A DNA stretch of 64,000 bases from the human T2T-CHM13v2.0 reference genome, Homo sapiens: the NCBI RefSeq assembly GCF_009914755.1, contig NC_060935.1. One strand, given 5' to 3'. A program made the position numbers and the translations under genes. The stretch's first letter is position 1. Every line of letters starts with the position of its first letter. Below the pieces are notes generated by a model. It worked only from the letters and a program-made list of their open reading frames with translations. It made no database searches and was not told the DNA's origin. Shown one piece after another: positions 54,345 to 64,000 of this stretch.

Positions 54345-57300
54345 TAAGAGAGGCAGTGGCTTAGGACCAAATAGGGTGTGGCCGCTCCAATGTAGGACTC
54401 TGCTGGACTGATGGTCAAGAAAGATTCTGTGTGCTCTCTTTCTCCCAGAGCTCCAGGCTCATCAGCTATACTCTTCTCTGGAAGACAGACAATTGCAGCT
54501 GGTTGGAGCCTAAGCCAACCAGAGAGGGAATCAGCACTGCAGCCCCCAGGAGAAGGAAAGCCAGCAAGGGCTCAAGGGCTCTTGGCTCAAAGTCCTGGCA
54601 GACCAAGTACCAGACCTGCCCCTTTCTGAAGTGGTTGGGATGGCCCAGAGCACTGAAAGAAATAGTCCTAGGGTCTTTTCAGGGTATTGGGGAAATGCCC
54701 TTTTGAGGAACAGCACAGCTCAGTTCCTGCAGATGAAGCCTTGATGCAGCCTGACTCTTCTTACTTCCTCTCTTTCTTTCCTTTTATTTGATGCTGTCTC
54801 TTTTATCCTTTCCCTATATTAGTTCCTGGCATCACAGCCGTTTAACAATGATGCCAACCATCAGCATTCATCAATATTTTCAAAATACTTGTATTAGCTT
54901 GTAGGCAAAGTACCCACTAACCCAGGCAGCACAATTGGCATGCAAGCCACAACCAGAGACATCCTGCACACTTCGCAGAGCATAAAGGTCTGAGCTCTGA
55001 AGTATCACGAGGAGATAGCATTGCTCATGCACTGAGCCCTAGTGTGCACTGAGAGGAAAGGATCAGGAGCTGTGCACTCAAGGGGCGAAGTCTCCACTAG
55101 GGGCAGGGGTCCCTTTGAAAACTTAGCTGGCAAGGGCTCTCCTCATCTGCACCTTGTGCTATTCTAGGCAAGTCTGTCTCCCTCTTACCATCTACCTCAG
55201 ACTATGATAAGCTGACTTCTCACCAAAGGCATCTGTCTTGCTAGCCTCCCTTCTTAGCCTAGTCACCCAAGAAGTCACTTTATATGACCTTCTGTGACTC
55301 ATGCTAACAGTAGAACTCAAGGAGGAAACCACTGAATTTGAGATCAGAAGACCGAGGATCTAATCCCAGTTTTGTCACAAATATGTGATTTTTCAGTAAG
55401 TGTTTTCAGCCCTTCAAACCACAATTATTTTTTCTGTCAATACAAAAATTGCATCAGATGACCTCCAAGGTCACTATCCATTTTAATGTTTTATAACCTT
55501 TCATCACCTAGCAATATGGTCTATGACTAAGGAACCCAAATAATTCCTTAAGTTCTGGAAATCTGATAATCATGGCATTGATGGACTGAGTTCCAACCCA
55601 GGAGCTCAGGGTCACTGTCCCACAAAGGAGCATAAGGTCCCTGCAGAGCTGGCCCAGGCCACACTGGCTTTATTTGAGGTCTTGACAGTCCACACACAAA
55701 AATAGAGACACCATGACAATTTCAAGGTAGCTCTCATCTGTCACTGTGCTTTAGCTGCTTGGTGATGGGGAGGAAAGAGAGGTTTTGACAATTATGAAGG
55801 ACTATGTGTGTCTGAACGTAATGTCTTGTGTTAATGGGGGAAATTAATTCTTTCCTTTCCTTTCTAAGATTCTATTCATGTAGATCTTGACAAGTAGCTG
55901 TTCTTTCCTCCCTCTCCTTGATGGGTAGACTGGAATAATGTCTCATAGGTATAACTAATCATCCACTTAGATGATTTGAGGCCCATTTTCATGCGTCTGA
56001 GGGTACACTTCAAATGCAGGAAAATGATGCTTCTACCTACTTTCTGTCCTCCTCGCCTTTACTAAAAATATCCCTTCTTAGTTACATGGCTCACTTCGCT
56101 AATCCTTCCCAACCAGATACAGAGCAACCAGGAAAGGGGCTGCCAGGACAGTGAAGACAATTCCAGTATGATGCCCAAACTTTCAGCTTTACATCAACTG
56201 TTATAACCGGACTGTGACTACGGCAGCTCAGCACCAACAGGTTCAGAGGTGCCAAATGGAAGCTGAGGAGGCCAAGGTTTCGGCCTTTGCTCTGCCACTA
56301 ACTAGCCAGGACCCCTGAGCAGGCCACTTTACTTCATCCAGCCTCGGTTTCTTTATCTGCAAAACGAGGGGATCCGGCCAGCTCATTTCTTAGGTCGCTC
56401 AGCCACTGCTCTTTCCTGGCTCTTTTCATGAGGGTCTTTCTGGACCAGAAGATAGAGATTCTGTGCACTCTCCCCCAATCCTTGGACAGCACTCGACATT
56501 TGATTTGGGCTCGGAGCTTCTAGGAAGTGAAGTTTGGAGGTGTGAGTTCTGTTTCTGCCCCAGAAACCTGCGCTGGCTCTGGTTCTGGGAGATGGAGCCT
56601 TGAGCATGCTGTGATGTGACATGGTGGCTGCAGCCAGGGCTGGTCGTCCTCCAAAGCACCCTGCCCAGGCCCCAGGGGAGACAGACCCCTGCCTTCCTTG
56701 CTGGGTCTTCATGTGCTTCCTCATCACTACACTCCAGGCCTTGATCAAATAAACGCATCTGACCTATTCCTAGATTGTTTCCCACCAGCCCAAATTAGTT
56801 TATCAGTTTTGTTTTTGTTGCCTTAGGAAGCATGGAGCCTCCATCTTCTTGGCAGAAAATGTCGCTGTGAGGGAGAAAGACAAAGAGGAACGCAAGGTGA
56901 CTAGGGCTCCAACAGAGCAGGCCTGGACTGCAGGATCGTGGATAGAAACAGGTAGTTTGGAAGAGGCTGCTGCACAGGAAACCATATGGGGCGGGTGCTG
57001 GAGCCTGGTGCCTCGACGGTGGTGTCTGCAGATTTTTAGGGCTGCCCGTAGAGGGGCCTCCTGCAGAAAATGAGTCATGATGGAGAGGCAGCCACCGTTC
57101 CAATGCAGTGAGCTTACTCTACTTCCACTGGACTCTAGAGGGTTTTTTTTTTTCAATTATAGAATATCGTATCCTGAGAGTAAGTCACGAAATTAATGTA
57201 AAAAACAGTGTGATATTTATTGCTTTCTGCACATACACAGACAGACACACAAGTGTTATAAATGCATGGCAGTAAAGAAAGTAAGATGCAGGGTGATTCT

Positions 57301-59029
57301 TTTCAAACCTTCCTCACCATTGAGGAAGTAACACCACACTAGGCTCAGGAGTGATTATGACTTTCTGTGTCCATTTGGATAAATTGCGTAACCACCCTAG
57401 GCTTCTTGTTCTGTCATTAGTTAAAATAATGGGGTGGGGTTTGATGATTTCTAAAAAGCGTTAGCTCTAATTTTCGATAGTCAGTAGCTGTTTGAAAAGT
57501 AACATGTGTTCCTTCCAACCATTGACTCAATGTGTGTGTGTGTGCATGGGTGTGTGTATGTGTGTATAAAGAGAAACACAGCTAAATAAGGAATAAATCT
57601 CACCTAGAATCTCATGAGAAGAGACAAAGCAATAAGAAAGCCCTAAAGAGGCTTGAGCTTAGCAAATCAGAAGGCAATTCATCTTGAGAAGAAAACAAGT
57701 GATATTTACATTATTAAATCTCAATTACAAAGCAAATCAGCTGCAGAAGAGAAGAGACCATTTCCATCAATTATTACTGAGCTGAACATAATTTTTCTAT
57801 CACCAGCAGATTGTAAATGGGGGCTACAGCTCATCCAGGAACTCTTCTATCATAGGAGTTATTAATCGGGTATTAACTTTGTCGAATTAGCAAGGACACT
57901 GACGAGATGGTGAGGGAAGCAGGAAGGGTATAGGGCTGGGGCGGGGGTGGGGGCGCAGACGGGAGGACACAGCAGGTAAATTCCTGAGACCACAGAGGCA
58001 CAGAACACTCTAGAAGGCCTGGGATCAGTCCTTTATGCAGCTGGTCTGGCTTCTGTGTTGAAGAAAATACCCAGCTCTGGGGTTTTCAGTCCCAAAAAGT
58101 CAACACATGAACAGGTAAAAATAAAAAATAGCACCTTCTTGACTGGCGATTCCATTCCTGTTTAGGAGCACTGAGGGGATGCCAGGACTCTGCACAGCTC
58201 TAGGTGAGGGGTGCGGCTCTGTTGCTGCCCCTGCTGTGGGGCCTCCATCTAGGGCCCTAAAAGTCTGAGTGCCTCCTACTGGGTGGAAGGTGTGGGCCAT
58301 CCATCCCATCAGAACCTCATGTAGATTGGTGGAGAACAAAAGCACAAACAAAAGACTTTTTTTGTGTGTGTTCCATCAATGTGCTGCAGTTCCTTATGGG
58401 TCTCAGTAAAAACTGTTATCAACGCAGTAACTTTCTAGGTTTTTTGTGCCCCGTTTTCTCTCTTCCTCTGTATTACCAGTTTTTCAAACTCTGCCCTCAC
58501 TGGATTTCTGTGCGGTACAGAGTAGGTTTCAATTCCCCTAAACCGCTTTGCTCCCTCCCTGGGTTCAATGTCACGCTCCTCCATTGTCACAGGACAGGCT
58601 AGGCTATTGGATAACTGATTTGTGTTCTGTTCTCAAAGCTGTAGAAGAATGGAAGGAATGAGAAACATTTTCCCTGCCCCATCCCCAAAAATGTGGCAGG
58701 CCCTGCAAATCCTCAATTCTTAGCTTCTTGCCTCAGAGTTGTTAATGACTTTTGTGTCATGGGGTCTAAAGCAGTTGCTAGGCACCCAGAAGATTATTAC
58801 TATTCAAGCTTTTGTTTCACAGAAACAAGCAAACAGAGTCTAGGCTCACGGAGGTGGGTGGGCACCAAGCTGGGGGAGGATGAAAGGTCCAAAGCTTGGG
58901 TTTGTGAAGGAGTCCCCACCAGTGGCAGACTACCTGTCATTTCCCACGATCTCCAAGGCAGACCTCCAGTCAGCGACAGCACCTCACACTGGGTGACGAT
59001 GAAGCTGGATCTAAAAGCTGTGATCCACC

Positions 59030-59245
59030 AGCCTGCCCTCCCTCCCTCCCTTCCTCACTTCCTTCCTTCCTTCCTTCCTTCCTTCTTTCAGCCTGCCTGC
59101 CTGCCTGCCTTCCTTTTTTCCTTCCTTCCTGCCTGCCTTCCTACTTTCCTTCCTTCCTGCCTGCCTTCCTACTTTCCTTCCTTCTTGCCTTCCTTCCTTC
59201 TTCACCTCCTTTTTTCATGTCCTCCCTCACTTCCTTTGTTCCTTC
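59030..59245. repeat. Compound (CCTT)/(CCTG) pyrimidine-rich repeat
   Basis: Directly visible. It explains the low-complexity ORFs 58693-59298 and 59011-59205. Confidence 0.92.
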
Positions 59246-59731
59246 ACTCAACAAACATTTTTGAACTCTTACACAATAAGCCTACCACTAAGGACTAATA
59301 ACTAAAGACCCTTTCTCAGCATTCTGTATACTCCAGTGAGGAAAGACAGTCTCCCAAAATATGACTCAGATTGAATTTCTCACCAGCCAGACGGGCAGCC
59401 CCAACAAATCAACCATGAACACAAACATTCTTATAAGTGAGATTTCAAACATAGAAATAATAGGTGTCATTCATATACCACCCCTCCTCCTTTCCCCTGG
59501 ACATATCTGACCTTGCTTATAAGTCTCCTCTGTATAGTCTCCCTGCACCATGCCCACATCTTGTAAGGGATTGTCTTATTCAGGCTGCCTAGAGTTGCTC
59601 AAAGTTGAAGATGCCATCTATTTCCCACTGGGCTCTTGACTGTTATGACTTCCTTGACTTTAGGGTCTTTGTTAGATGCCCCTCATCTGGGTTCCTGTAG
59701 AACGTACATTTATCTTCGCATTTGTCATGTT

Positions 59732-59910
59732 AGAGCAGTAATTCTCAACCTGGTAATTTTGTCCACAGGATACATTTGGCAGTGTCTAGAGACAGTTTTG
59801 GTCTTTATGGCTGAGGTTAGGAAAGCTGTACTACATTGCACAGGACAGTCTCCCTTGACAAATAATTATCTGACCCCAAATATCACTAGCACCAAAGCTG
59901 AGAAACCTGC
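59732..59910. mobile_element. MER20 hAT DNA transposon
   Basis: cagtaattctcaacc..acatttggcagtgtctagagacagttttgg..tgcacaggacag..aattatctgaccccaaatatca..gctgagaaacctg. Confidence 0.85.
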
Positions 59911-62322
59911 ACCAAAATGTAAATGCGTATTGAATCGCTGACATCTCCCACTAGAGAGAAGGAAGCTCGGTGACTACAAAGACCATCCATTTCATTCCCA
60001 GGGGCATCCCCAGGGCCGGGTGTAATTCCTAACACATGATCGGGCCCCACAAAAGGACCGCAGAAAAATACAAAGAACGAGTGAGTCCATTCAGCAACAA
60101 AATGCAGTGCCAGTCTTATGTCATCTAATTGTCTAGTGCTGAGGGTAAGACTGATTACTCATAACTAAATATAAGCTTAGCAAGAAATAACCCAAAAAAT
60201 GCATGGTGATTAAGCCCCTCGGCAGGGTTTCGAGGACAGAGCAGATACTATTTAGCTGGTTGGGCGTGGGGCTGGTACAAAGAAACATAGCTCTGGCTAC
60301 AGGCAGTGCTCAAAGAAGCCTTGAAATGTTCTCACTTCAGCAGGCAGAACTGGGATGGCACAGAGGGTAGGGACACAGCATGGACAGGGTGAGGAGGAAG
60401 AGACATTCTGGAATTCACACTGCAGGTTATTTCCTTACTGGTACTACTTTTCTGAGGAACATTGCTGATGACTCTTGGCTAAGTGGATTCTGGTTGCAGA
60501 AGACAATTCTGCCCTTCTAAGTGAACTGAAGGAAATTGCAGTCATGTGGCAACTGCTATTTTCATGTTTTGCCTTCTCAACATAGTTTGTCACTTCTATA
60601 TGATTAGCAAGGGAAGATGCCTACTATGTGCACAACACATGCTAGGTTTTTGCGGGGGAAGGTTAAGAAACCAGGACTGGCAAATAGACATCATTCAACA
60701 TGTATCTATTGCATCAAATCCTGCAAAGCACATTGTTTCTTAATTGGTCTCATTTGTATGGTCTATAATTTTAGACTTCAAAGGATGAGAGGGTCACCTT
60801 TAGCTTTCGTTGCTAGTTTTACAGACCCAGCTTCTCCCAGGTCATAACTTGTTCCTGGGAAATGAGGTCTGAGAAAATCAGTGTTTGCATCCATTCCTGG
60901 GAGAGAACTAATCTGAAAAGTGTGATGGTGGAAGCCTGATTTGGAAGGGTGAGGACCGATGCTCAGTGAGCCAGAGCCCACTCTTCCGAGGTCAGGCTTC
61001 AGTGGGCTAATATCTCATCAGGAGGCACCAGGCCCTCACTATCCTGCGGTAACAGCCCCTCTACTGCGGAGATGCTCCACTGCCTCTTCCACACACTGCT
61101 CACTGCGACAGCCTCGCAGAGGGCTCCCAGCTGAGGACAGAGGACAGATGATGGGAGAAGCCAGCACCCAGGGCCTTCGGGAACATGGCAGCAGCCATGT
61201 TGAATAGGGTTTGTGGCTTTCTGTAACCTATTAAATTTTGCCCATTACAGAGAGGAGAGAAGGGCTGCCTTCAGATCCAATCTAGCCTACTCTATGGGAA
61301 ACAGGATGAACTGACTTGTTGGAAATCCACACCAGCACATAAATTGCTTCATAACTGCAGGGACATATAATATCTGCACACAGCCAGTATGCACACCCCC
61401 TAGAAGGGATGTGATTTTCAGTCTAAAATGTCAATTTATTTTTTTCAGTAGGGTTTAATAATCATGCTCTGACCCTGGACTGAATAAACATGTCAGGGGC
61501 ATTGCCAGTATAACATCTGACTAACCTTTTCCTGTGAGACATTTGTAATTTCATGAACAGAGTATAAGACCATTATAATAGAATGTATCACATAAACCTG
61601 GATATATTACAGGTCGAACCCTGTCTCCTAAAACATAACAGCTACATTCTTAAACGATCTTATCTAAATCCCATGCTCCTCATACCAGCATTGCAAAAAG
61701 TTTCACAGAGTTTGCGCATCTCATTTCTGTTTAATTGTACACTCTGTAAATTAAGCACAGAACCACAGCCTTCCTTTACTTTGCAAATGATCACACAGTG
61801 TATTGTACACCCATCTGGTGGGCGCCTCAGAGATGCCAACTGGCTGCTTAGCCTGAGAGAAGCCTGGAGTGTGCAGTGACCTGAGATGGCTTACATGCTA
61901 CCGGTGAGATTCCCTTAACTCAAAAGGTCACCTCCTTCCCATAGCAGTGTCCCTGTGGGACTGGATGGTTCCCTGCAAGTAATAACCACTTCTAATAGGG
62001 CAGAAACAAATAGGACTTGAGGTTCCCGTGGGCAAAGGTTAAATCTTCAAATCCGCCCTCGAGTGAGATCCCTTTGAGATGCCACTTAGGAGCATGCTAT
62101 CTCCCTTGCTGGAGATAGTCTTTGTTTACATTTGTTCATCTTCTGTAATATGGATGCCAGTCCCGTCATTTTCAAAACGGTCTCAGTGTAGACACTACAT
62201 TATATGTTCACTGTACATTTAAATCATTCCAGACTCAAAAGCAGTTCTCTTGTGTTTAAATATCCTAAGCCATTACATATTGATAGAGACTACCGTTGTC
62301 TGTCAAAAACCTTCTTTGTCAA

Positions 62323-62371
62323 ATTCATTCATTCATTCATTCATTCATTCATTCATTCATTCATTCATTCA
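62323..62371. repeat. (ATTC)~12 tetranucleotide repeat
   Basis: Directly visible. Probably the tail of a reverse L2. Confidence 0.95.
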
Positions 62372-64000
62372 TATGTAAGGCATAACTTACTCTATAGACT
62401 ATAATCTCTGCCCTCACACAGCTTACATTTTAGAGAGAAAGCACAGACATCAGATGACATAACAGATGATATGCGTTAGTGGTTATTGACTATCAAACTT
62501 AAGTAGTGGAATCCTCTCTCTCTCTGCCAATAAAATCCTCTATTAAAATTTTATCGAGTTGCAAAATCTGAGCTGCTATTTTGGGGTTGGGGTAGAGGGG
62601 AGGTATAGGAATTCAAGGTTTTGTAGTCTAGTGCTCACTATCTCATTCTCACAGCTGTTCATATTGTCTCTCTCCCACCGTCTCTCCTCGCTTTCTCTAA
62701 CCCTCACAGAGACACCTACAGAGGTTCAGAGGAAACCTTTGGCATTTTATGAACTGCAGCTAAAAGGATAAACAGTTTCCCATTGTTCAGGAGAGCACAG
62801 TGCAATTGAGAAAACAGTGCATAAACATATGAAACTTTACATAACAATGAAAAATTGAACAAGTCAGAACAAAAGAAAAGATGTCCAAGACCTTGAGAAT
62901 TAAATAGCTCATAATTCTAATAAATGTTAGAGGAATTTTAAGGCAGGAGAGGTCACACCGGGCAGGAAATTTTAAATTTAGTTTTAGTTAATTTTTTTAG
63001 AGTTCAGGGATTTTAATGAGAAGAAATTCCATATATCTAGTCAAATACCCTCGTGATCTGTCTTGCTCATTTCCAAGTGCACTGTTGTCAGCAGCAATAG
63101 AAAATAGCTGAAAAGACTTCTTGCCTTCCACATTAGCCCATAATCCACAAATGATAAATGATTCTACCTGTGTTTCATGTAGAGGGTGGTGAGGGTGGGT
63201 ACCCAACTCTCTTCCATGAAGAATCAATGGCATTCACCTAAGGCATCAGGTGTGGGAGAAAGAGCAGTAGTGAACACGTAAAGTGCATTGGACTTGTCAG
63301 AGGAAGTTATCAAATAAATGTGTGTTATTATTGTCTATTGAGTATTGTTCAACATAGTCCAATTGAAATTCCTTAAAGATTTAAACCATACTTTTCTGTA
63401 ATACTCTATTTTTACAATTCCCTGATTAAACGAAAGCTTATTAATCATGCTCATTAATCTGTCAATGCCTGCATTAGGCAGAAGGAATACAGCTGTGTCA
63501 GGCAATCACTCCCTTCAGGGATCTGGCAGTCTTGATGTGATGAAGATGATGACAATAGAATGTGGCTCATGCATGGGGGGAGGGATGCCGCAGAGGCAAG
63601 GGGAAGACAGGAGGCCACAGAACCAGACTGCTGTGGGTGGTTTCTGGGAGGAGCTGAGACCCGAGCTGAGACCCAGAGAATGAGGATGAATTAGCATAAT
63701 CAACACATTTTGAAAGGGCATTCCAGGCAGCAGAGGTACCGTGTCACGAAGCACAGAGATAGAGGGAGTCAAATGCTCTGAAAACACAAGAGGCTCCATG
63801 AGGCTGACGAATTGAGCAGGGCCATGCATGAGTGGCCTTGAACACAGTCGTAGGGCATGGCTGCTTCCGATAGGTAATAAGACCAATAACACAAGTGGTG
63901 AGACATCTACTCTGCTCTTAAGACGCTTACAATAGAGTTGTTCAGAAAGACCAAACATACACTGATACATTTACAAACACATAGAATTCATGATAAAGAG

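Noticed and set aside
58693-59298. Longest ORF in the window (201 aa)
   Set aside because: Kept open by the stop-free (CCTT/CCTG) repeat; low-complexity LPSF peptide.
60371-60391. REST/NRSE-like catggacag
   Set aside because: Only the right half-site matches; TTCAGCACC is absent.

Overview
This is human genomic DNA (it contains an AluYa5 with all five diagnostic positions) carrying the 3' end of OPCML, an IgLON-family GPI-anchored neural adhesion molecule, on the minus strand. Four constitutive coding exons (43765-43902, 43202-43322, 42629-42780, 26735-26835) splice in frame through GT-AG junctions. They encode the second half of Ig domain 2, Ig domain 3 and the GPI signal. A 27-nt in-frame microexon (41702-41728, EISPSSAVA), too short for the ORF track, carries neural-microexon motifs. 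A ~5.2 kb 3' UTR ends at AATAAA (21540-21545). 43903-64000 is intron and 1-~21500 is downstream sequence. Repeats include a decayed ERV-L provirus, L2, MIR, MaLR LTRs, MER5/MER20, half a MADE1, seven near-full-length Alus and several satellites. Nearly all listed ORFs are spurious. I find no new multi-gene system. The best leads are splicing and RNA-structure features of OPCML: the microexon, a (UG)7 + 2xUGCAUG acceptor whose exon skipping gives an immediate stop, a long intronic hairpin, a 3' UTR G-quadruplex, possible GPI-less isoforms and a young AluYa5. Repeat subfamily names and boundaries were judged by eye.
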